A program made the position numbers and the translations under genes. From positions 2,080,001-2,144,000 of the forward strand of contig OZ241907.1 of assembly GCA_965203515.1 (NCBI GenBank): a stretch of 64,000 bases of DNA, given 5' to 3'. The DNA comes from Spirochaetia bacterium (GTDB lineage Bacteria; Spirochaetota; Spirochaetia; SZUA-6; Bin103). Shown here piece after piece: positions 10,441 through 20,718 of the stretch. The first letter of the stretch is position 1. Each line of letters starts with the position of its first letter. The notes beneath the pieces are model-generated. The model was not told the origin of the DNA. It worked only from the letters and a program-made list of their open reading frames with translations, and searched no databases.

Positions 10441-11496
10441 TCAGCGCTCGACCGGCACGGCGCGGCCCTCGCCCAGGCTGCGGTGGACCGCCTCGGTGAA
10501 CGCCATGTACTGAACGCCGATCTCGAAGGTGTTGCGCTCGATCGCGCCCTCGCCCCGGACCGCGGCGCAGAACTCCTCCTCCACTCGCCAGCCGGGCGGC
10601 ATGTGCCGGCCCGGACGCGGCGGCGCCTCCGGGACCGGCAGCGGCTGCAGCGCGCCGTCGCCGCGCCGGGCGCCCAGCAGTTGCCCGCCGGCGATGCGCA
10701 AGGTCCCTTCGGAGCCGTAGATCGTCGTGCCCGACGCGCCGTGGCCCAGCACGCCGGAGACCTGCAGGTGCAACGTGGCGCCGCACGCCAGGTCGGCCAG
10801 GATCTCCAGATGGTCGGGAAGCTCCATGGCCCGCGCGACGCCCGCTTCGTCGCGCCGCGTCTTCACGAAGGTCCGGCCGATGGCGCTCACCCGGGTGGCC
10901 GGCCCCACCCAGCGCATGATCGTCTCATAGGTGATGCCGAGCGAGCCGACGTTCAGGCCGCTGCAGACCACGTCGTCGCGCCAGACCATCGGCGCGTCGC
11001 GGTCGATGAAGCCGCCGCCGCCCAGGTGCTCCACCGCCAGCACGTCGCCGACGTACCCGCCGGCGAGGTGCTGGCAGATCGTGGCGTCCATGCCCAGGGT
11101 CATGGCCGCCGGCACCACCTGCGTGACCAGATCGGGACGCGCGCGGGAGGCGGCCAGCATCTCGCGCGCCTCGGCCAGATTCAGGGCGAGGCGCGCCTCG
11201 GTCAGCACGTGCTTGCCGGCCGCCAGCGTAGCGAGCGTCACCGGTCGGTGCAGGTAGGGCCACGTGCCGATCAGGACGGCGTCGACGTCGTCGGACTCCA
11301 CCAGATCGCGCCAGTGATCGTGGACGCGGCCGATGCCGTGGTCGGCGGCCGCCCGCTCGGAAGACGCTCGGGAACGGTTCACGACGCTCATCAGTTCGAC
11401 GTCGGGCTGCGCCTGCAGCCCCGGTACGTGGCGGTTGCGGGTGTTGTTGCCGGCGCCGACGATGCCGACGCGGATGGTGCCGGTGGTGCATGCCAT
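10441..11496 (-). CDS. Gfo/Idh/MocA family oxidoreductase
   Basis: IRVGIVGAG, DVDAVLIGTWPYLH, AGKHVLTE. Confidence 0.9.
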   Translation of the reverse strand: MACTTGTIRVGIVGAGNNTRNRHVPGLQAQPDVELMSVVNRSRASSERAAADHGIGRVHDHWRDLVESDDVDAVLIGTWPYLHRPVTLATLAAGKHVLTEARLALNLAEAREMLAASRARPDLVTQVVPAAMTLGMDATICQHLAGGYVGDVLAVEHLGGGGFIDRDAPMVWRDDVVCSGLNVGSLGITYETIMRWVGPATRVSAIGRTFVKTRRDEAGVARAMELPDHLEILADLACGATLHLQVSGVLGHGASGTTIYGSEGTLRIAGGQLLGARRGDGALQPLPVPEAPPRPGRHMPPGWRVEEEFCAAVRGEGAIERNTFEIGVQYMAFTEAVHRSLGEGRAVPVER

Positions 11497-11549
11497 ACGG
11501 AAGGGATGATACCGCAGAACCGGCCGGCGCTCCGAACCGGCGCCGGCGG

Positions 11550-12521
11550 CTACGAGCCGGTGAGCACCTCCGCGAAGAGCTGCCGGTCGACATTGCCGCC
11601 GGAGAGCACCAGCGCCGCCCGGGTGCCGCGCATCCGCGACCGTTCCTGGAGCAACGCCGCCAGCGGTCCCGCGCCCGCGCCCTCGGCGACGTTGTGCGTG
11701 TCGGTGTAGTAGGCGCGCATCGCCGCGCGCATCTCGGCCTCGGAGACCGCGACGACCCGATCAACGCCGGCCAGGATCAAGGCGAGCGCCGCTTCATCGG
11801 GAACGCGGACGGCCATGCCGTCGGCGATCGTCGCCGCCGGCCCGGTCGACCGCGCCTCGCCGGCGGCGAACGAGCGCTGATAGGCCGGCATGGCCGCCGA
11901 CACCACGCCGATCACGGCGGTCGCCGGCGACAGCGCGTTGCGGGCGGCCATCACGCCGCAGATGCCTGAGCCCAGGCCGATCGGCGCGTAGACGGCGTCC
12001 AGGTCCGGCACCGCCCGGAACAGCTCCACGCCGTAGCTGGCCACGCCCAGGACCAGTTCCGCACTGAAGGACGGCATGAGATGGACGCGGTCGCCCACGG
12101 CGATGCGGGCGGCATGGGCGTACGCTTCGTCGAAGTCGCCGCCGTGCTCGACCAGTCGGGCGCCGAAGGCGCGCATCGCCTCGTTCTTTTCGCGGCTGTT
12201 GCCGGTCGGCATCACCACGGTGGCGGCCAGCCCGGCGCGGCGCGCGGCGAAGGCGACGCTCTGGCCGTAGTTGCCGCGCGTGGCGGCTACCACCTCGGTC
12301 ACCTGCGGCTTGGCGCTCCGCAGCCGGTCGACGGCCACCAGCGCGCCGCGCAGCTTGAACGATCCGATCGGGCTGTGGTTTTCGTGCTTCACCCAGACCG
12401 AACATCCGGTCCGCTCGCACAGCAACGGCCAGCGGTACTGCGGAGTCGGCGGCATGGCGCGGTAGACGATCTGCGCGGCGCCGTCGATTTCTTCCAGCGT
12501 GGGCAGGCTCACATCGGACAC
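11550..12521 (-). CDS. PLP-dependent threonine/serine dehydratase family protein
   Basis: KHENHSPIGSFKLRG, ATRGNYGQ, PIGLGSG, LSGGNVD. Confidence 0.9.
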   Translation of the reverse strand: MSDVSLPTLEEIDGAAQIVYRAMPPTPQYRWPLLCERTGCSVWVKHENHSPIGSFKLRGALVAVDRLRSAKPQVTEVVAATRGNYGQSVAFAARRAGLAATVVMPTGNSREKNEAMRAFGARLVEHGGDFDEAYAHAARIAVGDRVHLMPSFSAELVLGVASYGVELFRAVPDLDAVYAPIGLGSGICGVMAARNALSPATAVIGVVSAAMPAYQRSFAAGEARSTGPAATIADGMAVRVPDEAALALILAGVDRVVAVSEAEMRAAMRAYYTDTHNVAEGAGAGPLAALLQERSRMRGTRAALVLSGGNVDRQLFAEVLTGS

Positions 12522-12548
12522 GGCTCCAGCCTACGCCGACGACGCGCC

Positions 12549-12622
12549 GGCGGGAACCCCGGCGGCGGCAGGAATCCCGGCGGCGGCAGGAATCCCGGCG
12601 GCGGCAGGAATCCCGGCGGCGG
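12549..12622. repeat. 18-bp tandem repeat GGCGGCGGCAGGAATCCC (3 perfect copies plus partial flanks)
   Basis: Copies at 12561, 12579 and 12597 in the divergent intergenic region. Confidence 0.9.
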
Positions 12623-12700
12623 GCGGAAGCTGCCCGCTTGCGCGGCGCACCCGTCAGACCCATAGTCAGCTCCATGGCCCATGCAGCTATCGAGCGAGCG

Positions 12701-13879
12701 ATGAGCGTCTCCTGGGGAGCGCCGGGAGCGAGCGACGACGAATCCTGTTGGGAGCGGATACGGGCCCGGTTCCCGTTGGACCCCGACCTGGTCTACCTGA
12801 ACAGCGCCGCGCTCGGCGTGCCGCCGGACCCGGTGATCGCCGCCGTGCACGAAGGCTATCTGCGGCTGTCGCAGGACCCGGACGCCGGCAAGATCGACTA
12901 CCGCCGCTACAACGCCGAGGTCGCGGTGCCGGAGCTGGCGGCGCTCATGGGAGCCCGGCCGGAGGAGCTCGCCATCAACCGCAACGCTTCCGTAGGGCTG
13001 GCGCTGGCCGCCGACGGCGTGCGCGGCCTGCGCGCCGGCGACGAGGTCCTCACCACCAGCCACGAGCACCCGGTCGGGGTGCAGCCGTGGCGCGACCGGG
13101 CCGCCCGCGAGGGGCTGGTGGTGCGCGAGGTCGCCCTGCCGAGTCCGGTCGAAGACCCGGCGGAGTTGATCGAGCCGCTGCGCGCCGCGATCACCGCGCG
13201 CACCCGGGTCCTGTCGTTCTGCCACGTCACCCGCGGCGGCGTGCGCTATCCGGTCGAGGACTTGTGCCGCCTGGGCCGCGAGCACGGCTTGATCATCTCC
13301 ATCGACGGCGCGCAGGCGGTGGGCCGCGTGCCGGTCGACGTCAGCGCCTGCGACTGCGACCTGTACGCGGCCAGCCTGCACAAGTGGCTGCTCGCGCCGT
13401 CCGGCACCGGCGTGCTGTACGTCCGGCAGGGCTTCCAGGAGCGCTTCGGCACCGTCGCCACGCCGCCCGGCACCACCGCCGCGCGCTACGAGGAGGAGGG
13501 CACCTTCGACCTGCCGACGCGCGCCGGCATCGGCGTGGCGGTCGCGTGGATGAGACAGATCGGCATCGGCGCGATCGAGGCGCGCAATCACCGGCTCGCC
13601 GAGCGGCTCCGCGCCGGCCTGGCCGAGATTCCCGGCATGCGCATCGTCAACTCCTCCAGGCGAGCGCTGGTCGCGCCGGGCACCACGCTGGTCGAGCCGC
13701 CCGGCGGCGACGCGGTCGGCTGGCGGGCCCGGCTGCAGGAGCGCTACAACCTGCGCGTCGACGACCACGTCCGCGACGGCCACGACGCACTGCGCATCTC
13801 CACCCACTACTTCGTCTCGCCCGCCCAGGTCGACCGGGTGATCGCGGCCATGGCCGCCGAGGCTGCCAGGGCCGCGTAG
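12701..13879 (+). CDS. Class V aminotransferase (isopenicillin N epimerase/cysteine desulfurase-like)
   Basis: YLNSAALG, DGAQAVG, PLP lysine motif SLHKWL, RISTHYF. Start may be 12674. Confidence 0.85.
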   Translation: MSVSWGAPGASDDESCWERIRARFPLDPDLVYLNSAALGVPPDPVIAAVHEGYLRLSQDPDAGKIDYRRYNAEVAVPELAALMGARPEELAINRNASVGLALAADGVRGLRAGDEVLTTSHEHPVGVQPWRDRAAREGLVVREVALPSPVEDPAELIEPLRAAITARTRVLSFCHVTRGGVRYPVEDLCRLGREHGLIISIDGAQAVGRVPVDVSACDCDLYAASLHKWLLAPSGTGVLYVRQGFQERFGTVATPPGTTAARYEEEGTFDLPTRAGIGVAVAWMRQIGIGAIEARNHRLAERLRAGLAEIPGMRIVNSSRRALVAPGTTLVEPPGGDAVGWRARLQERYNLRVDDHVRDGHDALRISTHYFVSPAQVDRVIAAMAAEAARAA

Positions 13880-13953
13880 GCTGCATGGGCGAGTCGGGAA
13901 CTCGAAAACATGACTTCGGCGATGGCAATGGAATGTTCGCGAACGATATGGCC

Positions 13954-14736
13954 TCATGCAGCTATGCGCCGGAGAAGCTTCCGGTTGAAGTCTTCGTGAG
14001 CTTCGAGTGAAGAAATCATCTCACCACCGACGTCGGAGAGCCTGGCGAGATCCATTCGAGGTATCTCGGTCTGGTTTTCGAAAACGAGAATCGACTCGAA
14101 TTCGAGTCCATGCAGGTGAAAGAAGGACAACATGATCGTCGTCAACCGTGCTTTATCGCGGTTAGGAACGCCATACAGGAACAAGGGGACGTCGTTATTT
14201 CCCTCGATCCGGTAGTCCACGGGATACGCTTCGGCATTCGGCACTTCCGGCAGGTAGTCCTGCTCTATCTTGGATTCGTCGACTGCGCGAAGGAGGTACT
14301 CGGCAAGATCGTCGTAGAAGCTGGACCCGACGCTCGACCGGGATAGAAAAGTCAAGTCGTAGATCCTGGTCAGCGACTGTCCAAAATGGAAGACAGCCGC
14401 CGACAGCTGTTCCGGTGAAGTGTCATAGCAAAACGCGCCGCCGTCCCACTTCAATCCGCTTTCTCCCATAATGCGATCAAGGAGCATCCGCCGGGTTCCG
14501 TCCATGAACGAGTCGACGTCATGGTCGTAGCTGATGTGCATCATCGTGTGGCCGCGGTCTGACAATCGAAGTTCCCCGGTTGCGGTCTCAGCGAGATGGA
14601 TCGGATAGCCGTCACCATCGGGGAACCGGAAGTGCGTGCGAAGCATGAGAGCGCCATCGGGTCGTTCTTCCACCACGACCTCCGCGCACAGACGTTCGCA
14701 CAGGAGCTTCCGAAGCGCAATCGGGTCAAGCGTCAT
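13954..14736 (-). CDS. DUF1828-like protein with a C-terminal restriction-endonuclease-like domain
   Basis: THFRFPDGDGYPIHL and LSDRGHT resemble DUF1828; C-terminal YPVDYRIE. Lower GC than the flanks. Confidence 0.65.
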   Translation of the reverse strand: MTLDPIALRKLLCERLCAEVVVEERPDGALMLRTHFRFPDGDGYPIHLAETATGELRLSDRGHTMMHISYDHDVDSFMDGTRRMLLDRIMGESGLKWDGGAFCYDTSPEQLSAAVFHFGQSLTRIYDLTFLSRSSVGSSFYDDLAEYLLRAVDESKIEQDYLPEVPNAEAYPVDYRIEGNNDVPLFLYGVPNRDKARLTTIMLSFFHLHGLEFESILVFENQTEIPRMDLARLSDVGGEMISSLEAHEDFNRKLLRRIAA

Positions 14737-15211
14737 GGAAGACGAGCTCCGGATGATCCGCTTCCGACTTGATGCCACACAGATTGAAGTCGTCGATCAA
14801 ACACGACAGGGCACCGGCCAGAGTCCGAAATCTATCGGTCTCCGTCGCTTCCGACTCCGGCTTCAATCCTTCGGAGATGGCCTTTTGCGAAGCACGATGG
14901 ACGTGCGGGCGGTAGAATATGTTTCCGTGCCAATGACTCGGACCGTTGTAGCGAGCCAAAGTCAACGACGATCCTCCTGGAGGTAAATAGGATATTCCGC
15001 AGGAGAAATCACTCTGATCGTCGATGTTCTGTCGCTGATAGACGCTGAAAAGTCCTTCTACTTCTCGTGCTGAAACCTGAAAGATTCGCTGACGGTGCAT
15101 AGGTTTGACCCGTGGCTTTTCCAGCCAACGTGCTCTCGGATTCATCACGTGTTTCCGCATATTCCGGAGCTTGGTCAGTTCATCGTCAGTATAGAGTCGG
15201 GTACTCATCAC
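14726..15211 (-). CDS. Hypothetical protein (DUF6978-like) coupled to the DUF1828-like gene
   Basis: Lower GC; overlaps the downstream gene; His-rich motif LARYNGPSHWHGN..PHVHRA. Confidence 0.6.
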   Translation of the reverse strand: MMSTRLYTDDELTKLRNMRKHVMNPRARWLEKPRVKPMHRQRIFQVSAREVEGLFSVYQRQNIDDQSDFSCGISYLPPGGSSLTLARYNGPSHWHGNIFYRPHVHRASQKAISEGLKPESEATETDRFRTLAGALSCLIDDFNLCGIKSEADHPELVFHDA

Positions 15212-15254
15212 TTCGGCCGAGTGTCGCTTACCGTCAGTCAGGCATGTCGACGAC

Positions 15255-17804
15255 CTACAGCGCTGCCAGGGCTTCCCGTTGTCGGGCGAGGCGCCGGTCG
15301 CGGTCGGCGGCGAAGCGTTCGACGCCGGCGGCGATCGAGTCCTGGTCCAGGTGCGCCTCGGCGATCACGTCGGACTCGGTGCCGCCGGTCAGCCAGCGGT
15401 CGTGCCAGTCGGAGACCAGCGAGTACTCGCCCGTGAGCGGGCCCACGCCGCGCACCGGCCACATCCGTTGCGTGCCGGTGGTGACGACCATCAGGTCGTT
15501 CTTGGCGGCGGCCGGCAACACCGCGTCGCGGTACGCCTGCGGCTGGCGGTCGAACAACTCCTCGCTGATCGCGGCGATCACCTTGACGTTGATCCCCTGC
15601 TCTTCGAGATATGGCAGCGCCTGCACCAGGTTGAAGGTCGAGCTGGAGCCCTGCGCCAGCACGTAGCCGTGCCGGGGCTTGCCGGGATCGAAGTCGCGCA
15701 CCACGTAGAACCCCTTGGCAGCCGCCTTGAGATCGGTGTCGGCGAAGGTCGAGCGGTCGGCCACCGGGAAGTCGGGGCGCGCCACCTCGATCACGATCAC
15801 GCCGACCAGCGGTTCGCGCGCGGCGATCTCCGCCGCGGCGAAGTAGCCGGGCGCCACGTCGTTGTAGTCCCAGAAGCTGAGCGTGATCACCTGCCCGCGA
15901 GGGAACAGCTTCCACACCTGCGGCGCGAAGATGCCGAAGTGCGTGCGCGCGTCGGCGGCGGTCTCCGGGCCGGAGTGGCCGGCCAGGATGTTGAGCACGC
16001 CGACCCGGAACGGGCTGTCCTGATTCTGCTGGCTCCAGACGCGCGCCGGCAGATACATGAACGGCGTGAACGCCCCGTAGCTGCCGCTCAGCGCCCATAC
16101 GCCCGAATGCACGTTCGGGTCGAGCGACGCGCTCTGTCCGACCAGCCCCACGGCGGTGGAGGCGTTGCCGGCCTCCTGAATCGCCGCCTTCAGCCGCGTG
16201 CCGCTCGGGTTGCCGAGCGGGTCGTAGTGGCCGGTCAGCGATCCCTTCTCTACGTTGATCGACCCCGACAGGTCGGCCGACACGGTGAGGAACCGGTTGC
16301 CGGTGACGTGATTGAGCCACTTGACCACTTCCGATATCGCGCGCCGCGTCCCCTGCACTTCGCCCGGCTGCTTGAACAGCTCGATGCCGACCTGCTCATC
16401 GGTCCCGTCGCCGCCCCCCGCGGCCACCGTCTGCGGCTCGATCGGGATGGCCGAGACGCGCAGCCGCTCGTCCCGAAACGGGTCGGTGCGGGTGTCCACG
16501 CGCAGCGCGCCGTCGTCGCTCACCTCGTCGCCGATGTCGACCAGCCGGTCGCTCAGCCACTCGCCGAGCCGGTCCTGCTCCAGTACCGACATCACGACGT
16601 CGACGTTGGTCTTGAACTGGCGCAGGCGCTCCGCCTCGCCGGTGACCGGACCGTCGTGGATCCCCTCGAAGGTGACCCCGAACCGCTCCTCGAACGTACC
16701 GGCCAGGGCGACGAAGTACGGGACGTTCATCTTCATCTCGTAGGGGTGGCTGTGATAGCCGACCACCTGCTCGCCGAATCCGGGGATGCGCCCGTCCACG
16801 GCCGCCGGCCACCAGCCCTTGGTGGTGCGGCCGATCACGATCATGGGCCGCCGGTCGGTCGGATCCCAGTCTTCCATGGTCTTCAGCGCGCCCAGAACCT
16901 GGTCGTAGTCGTTGCCGTCGTCCAGGGTGAGCACGTTCCAGCCGTAGGCGGACCACTGGTCGGCGATCCGGTAGCCGTCGAACGATTCCGACACCACGCC
17001 GCCGACCAGCGAGTCGTCGATGCCGGCGTTGTTGAACGACAGCAGGATGCGCAGCCGTTTGCCCACCTTCTGAGCCATCGCCTGTGTCTTCATCTCCTGC
17101 GAGTGGCCGGAGGTCATGGCGAACTCGCCTTCCAACGCGACGATCTTGGGCGAGTCGCCGGCCCCCATGAAGTCCCAGAAGGCGGCCTTGCCGGCCGCGG
17201 TGGCGATGCCGATGCCGGACGGACCGCCGTTGACGTCGTTGATCAGGTCGGTCGTCTCCGCGTGGCCGGCGAGCGATCGGATGCCCCGCAGCCGGGCCTG
17301 CGCGAACAGCGGATCGTCGGCCAGGCCGTGGTCCTGCAGCAGCGTGGCGAGCGCCCCGGCGCCGCGCCGGAAGCCGAGGCAGTCGATCGGCAGGATCGCA
17401 ACCTCGGGGTCTACCCGGTAGCGGTCATGGTCGGTCGCCGCGTAGCGGCGCGCCAGCGCCTCGCCCATGATCATCCACAACGCGTACAACGTCGGGATGT
17501 TGTGGCCGCCGGCCAGCAGCAGCTTGTCCCCGAACGGGTGCTTGGGCCGGCGGTAGTCGTAGCGCAGGCCGCCGTGCTCCGGCCCCACCAGGTGCAGGGC
17601 GACGTTGTACGGCGTGTAGGCGAGCGGGCCGCCGAAGTGGCCGGTCTGCGCGTAGTTGCCGAGCAGCGTGAGCGTCATCGCCGTCATGAAGCCCACGTCC
17701 TCCAGCCGTTGCCGGTCGTAGGCGGGAAGCTGCACGCTGCGCGCGGCGGCCTCGCCGGCGGGGGCGGCGGTGCGAACCAGAACCGATGTTCCGTCAGTAC
17801 CCAT
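15255..17804 (-). CDS. tkt: Transketolase-like protein (single chain, divergent)
   Basis: GHFGGPL, LAGGH, GPSGIGIATAAG, SADLSGS, IQEAGNA, HSGPETAADARTH. Confidence 0.75.
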   Translation of the reverse strand: MGTDGTSVLVRTAAPAGEAAARSVQLPAYDRQRLEDVGFMTAMTLTLLGNYAQTGHFGGPLAYTPYNVALHLVGPEHGGLRYDYRRPKHPFGDKLLLAGGHNIPTLYALWMIMGEALARRYAATDHDRYRVDPEVAILPIDCLGFRRGAGALATLLQDHGLADDPLFAQARLRGIRSLAGHAETTDLINDVNGGPSGIGIATAAGKAAFWDFMGAGDSPKIVALEGEFAMTSGHSQEMKTQAMAQKVGKRLRILLSFNNAGIDDSLVGGVVSESFDGYRIADQWSAYGWNVLTLDDGNDYDQVLGALKTMEDWDPTDRRPMIVIGRTTKGWWPAAVDGRIPGFGEQVVGYHSHPYEMKMNVPYFVALAGTFEERFGVTFEGIHDGPVTGEAERLRQFKTNVDVVMSVLEQDRLGEWLSDRLVDIGDEVSDDGALRVDTRTDPFRDERLRVSAIPIEPQTVAAGGGDGTDEQVGIELFKQPGEVQGTRRAISEVVKWLNHVTGNRFLTVSADLSGSINVEKGSLTGHYDPLGNPSGTRLKAAIQEAGNASTAVGLVGQSASLDPNVHSGVWALSGSYGAFTPFMYLPARVWSQQNQDSPFRVGVLNILAGHSGPETAADARTHFGIFAPQVWKLFPRGQVITLSFWDYNDVAPGYFAAAEIAAREPLVGVIVIEVARPDFPVADRSTFADTDLKAAAKGFYVVRDFDPGKPRHGYVLAQGSSSTFNLVQALPYLEEQGINVKVIAAISEELFDRQPQAYRDAVLPAAAKNDLMVVTTGTQRMWPVRGVGPLTGEYSLVSDWHDRWLTGGTESDVIAEAHLDQDSIAAGVERFAADRDRRLARQREALAAL

Positions 17805-17946
17805 CTGTCAACTCTCTTGCCGGACCCGCGGCGGTCGGCGGGTGCGTGTTTTGGTCTCTTTCGAGAACGCCGCGGCGCGGCGGCGCTATTCGATTGAGCC
17901 TACCGCACGGCGCGTCCGCCGTCACCACGCGCGGCTCCCGGCTCCT

Positions 17947-18657
17947 TTACCTCAGCGCCGCGAACGCGCGGTCGAACCGGCCGCTCAGCTCATCCATGCC
18001 GGCGCGCTTCTGCGCGCCGTTCAGGTCGGTGCGCCGGATCATCACGTGCGCCTGCTTCTCGAAGTCGTTGACCAGCCGGCACGCCTCGACGATATGCGGG
18101 TGGTTGGGTTCCGGGATGACGATGCAGCCGCCGCCGTCGCCGTGGATCAGGTCGCCGGTCCGCACCGTGATGCCGCCGACCTGCGCCGGCTCGCCGTAGC
18201 CGGACCAGCGCAGCGCCGCGTGCTGGATCACCCGGGCGATCGCGAACACGCCGAATCCCTGATCGATGATGCCGGGCAGGTCGCGGACGCCCCCGGAGGT
18301 GACCATGCCGACGGCGCCGGCGGCGATGAAGCCCTTGGCCATGCCGTCGCCCATCACGCACTCCCGATACGGATCGGGGCCGACCGTCTCCACCACGATC
18401 ACGCGCGGCAGCTCGCTCGCCTCGATCGCGTCCATCATCTCGACGTAGGCATCGTTCGCCGGCCCGCCTTCCGGGGTGCAGGTATCGATCTTGATCGTGA
18501 TCGCCTCACCCACCAGCGGCGGCAGGTCCGGCGTCATGCACCGGATGCGCCCATCCATCGCGTAGGTGTGCGGCTCGGAGCGGCCGAGCGCCGAGAGCGC
18601 GTTGCAGACGAGGGCGGTCTCCGAGTCCCGGAGGCTGTCGATCAGTGCCTGGTCCAT
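17947..18657 (-). CDS. RraA / HMG-aldolase family protein
   Basis: CVMGDGMA, GGVRDL, GDLIHGDGGG. Confidence 0.85.
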   Translation of the reverse strand: MDQALIDSLRDSETALVCNALSALGRSEPHTYAMDGRIRCMTPDLPPLVGEAITIKIDTCTPEGGPANDAYVEMMDAIEASELPRVIVVETVGPDPYRECVMGDGMAKGFIAAGAVGMVTSGGVRDLPGIIDQGFGVFAIARVIQHAALRWSGYGEPAQVGGITVRTGDLIHGDGGGCIVIPEPNHPHIVEACRLVNDFEKQAHVMIRRTDLNGAQKRAGMDELSGRFDRAFAALR

Positions 18658-18747
18658 CAGACCCGCGAGCGTACCGGCCGCCCGACCGCACGGCAAGGAA
18701 CCGGCGAGACTTGACCCCTCGCCGCCATCTCCCGACACTGCCGGACC

Positions 18748-19947
18748 ATGCGGATCGCGGTGGTCGGCGGCGGCGTGATCGGACTGAGCACCGCGTTCCA
18801 CCTGGCCGACCGCAACGCCGGCACGGTCATCCTGGTGGAGAAGGGGCCGATCGGCGACGGCTCCAGCTCGCGCGCCGGCGGCATCATCACCGGCCTCATG
18901 GGCACGGAGACGGCGGTGCGCGCGCGCAAGATCAGCCTGGAGCTGTTCCAGCGGTTCAGCCGCGAAGTCGACGGCTACACCTTCCACGACGTCGGCACCC
19001 TCAACCTGGCGGCCGACCGGGGCGCCGGGCCGGTGCGGATGCTGCCGCTCTATGACCGTCTGGACGCCCCCTACGAAGTCCTCGAAGCGGACGAGATGCG
19101 GCGCCGCTGGCCGCTGATGGCGGTCCCGGACGACGCCTGGGGGCTGTACGACCCGATCGCCGGCTACAGCGAGCCGGACGAGTACGTGGCCGCCATGGCG
19201 GCCCACCTGCGCAAGCTCGGCGTGGAGATCCGGGAGTTCGAGCCGGTGCTGGAGTTCCCGATGCGGGGCGACCGCGTGATCGGCGTCCGCACCGACGCCG
19301 GGACGATCGAAGCCGACGTGGTCGTCTGCGCGTCGCACGTCTGGTCGATCCGCCTGCTGGAGCAGTTTGGCTGGCGCATGCCGGCCAAGACGTTCGTCCA
19401 CCAGCGCTACGTCTCCACGCCGGTGCCGCTGCCGGTCATCCTGCCGGCGGTCAACGACCATCCGCGCCGCGGCTACTACCGCCCCGCGTTCGGCAACCGC
19501 GTGCTGATCGGCATCGAGACGCCGGACCGCGAAGAGGCGCCGCCGCCGGAGCGCGATCTTCATCTGTCGCGCTTCTCCGTGGACCCGGAGATCCGGCGGC
19601 GCGAGCTCGACCGCCTGCAGTACGTGGTGCCGGACGTGGCGCCGCTGTCGTGGGAGATCGAGAAGGTCGGGCTGCTCGCCTACTCCGCGGACGGCGAGCC
19701 GATCCTGGGCCCGGTGCCCGGCGTGCGCGGCCTGATCTGCGCCGGCTGCTTCCACTCCGGGGGCTTCGCCTACAACCCGGTGGCCGGCCTGCTGGCGGCC
19801 GAGTGGGCGGTGGACGGCCGCACCGGCATCGACGTCAGCGCCTTCGCGCCGGACCGGTTCGATCCGCACCAGGCCCGCGCCTTCATCGAATCCCGGATAC
19901 GCCACGGCGAATACCAGCACTCGCTCCACGCGGGCGGCCGGCACTGA
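18748..19947 (+). CDS. FAD-binding oxidoreductase (sarcosine oxidase/DAO family)
   Basis: VVGGGVIGLSTA, SSRAGG, YSADGEPILG, FHSGGFAYNP. Confidence 0.9.
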   Translation: MRIAVVGGGVIGLSTAFHLADRNAGTVILVEKGPIGDGSSSRAGGIITGLMGTETAVRARKISLELFQRFSREVDGYTFHDVGTLNLAADRGAGPVRMLPLYDRLDAPYEVLEADEMRRRWPLMAVPDDAWGLYDPIAGYSEPDEYVAAMAAHLRKLGVEIREFEPVLEFPMRGDRVIGVRTDAGTIEADVVVCASHVWSIRLLEQFGWRMPAKTFVHQRYVSTPVPLPVILPAVNDHPRRGYYRPAFGNRVLIGIETPDREEAPPPERDLHLSRFSVDPEIRRRELDRLQYVVPDVAPLSWEIEKVGLLAYSADGEPILGPVPGVRGLICAGCFHSGGFAYNPVAGLLAAEWAVDGRTGIDVSAFAPDRFDPHQARAFIESRIRHGEYQHSLHAGGRH

Positions 19948-19992
19948 CCGCCGATCCGCGCAAGAGCACGGCACGGCACACGGAGGATCGAC

Positions 19993-20685
19993 ATGCCCGA
20001 ACCGCTCAATCCCGACAAGATCTCGGTCGCCGTCATCATCGGCGGGCACGCCTACGACGTGCCGGCGTTCAAGCGCCTGTTCGATTCGTTCGAAGACGTC
20101 GTCGCCTACCCGCAGGACGTCGGCAACTTCTCGCGCGCGTGGGGCGTGCCGCCCGACGCCTACGACGTGCTGCTGTTCTACAACGCCGGCGGCGACACGG
20201 CCGCCGACCTGGACGAAACCTGGGGCGCCGGCGCCGCGGCGGCGGTCGAGGCGATCGGCCAGGCGGAGCAGGGCGTGGTGATGCTGCACCACGCGATCCG
20301 TTCCTACATGGCGTGGCCGAAGTGGTCGGCGCTGCTGGGCATTCCCCACGAGCAGCGCGAGGGCTCCGAGTTCACCGTCCAGTTCGGGCCGACGATGCGG
20401 GTCACCGTCACCGACCCCGACCATCCGATCGGCCGCGGCATCGAACCGTGGAACGTGGTCAACGAGGCGTGGCCGACCATGGCCTGGACGCCCCGCGAGG
20501 GCGCGTCGGTCATCATGACCACCGACGACGAGGCGACCAGGACCAAGGCGATGGCGTGGTGCCACGACCTGGACAAGGCGAGGGTGTTCTGCCTCACGCC
20601 CGGCCATGACGATCAGGCGTACTCGCACCCGACCTATCGGACCACGCTGCACCGCGGCATCCGCTGGGCGGCCGGCCGGTCGTAG
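19993..20685 (+). CDS. ThuA-domain protein
   Basis: GGHAYD, GVVMLHHA, DPDHPI, RVFCLTPGHD, RGIRWAA. Confidence 0.8.
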   Translation: MPEPLNPDKISVAVIIGGHAYDVPAFKRLFDSFEDVVAYPQDVGNFSRAWGVPPDAYDVLLFYNAGGDTAADLDETWGAGAAAAVEAIGQAEQGVVMLHHAIRSYMAWPKWSALLGIPHEQREGSEFTVQFGPTMRVTVTDPDHPIGRGIEPWNVVNEAWPTMAWTPREGASVIMTTDDEATRTKAMAWCHDLDKARVFCLTPGHDDQAYSHPTYRTTLHRGIRWAAGRS

Positions 20686-20718
20686 CCACCGCCCCACGCC
20701 CAGGGTGATCCGTACGGC

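Noticed and set aside
15279..17897. 872-aa + strand ORF and similar antisense ORFs across the window
   Set aside because: Shadow frames of real genes on the opposite strand, with no family motifs.
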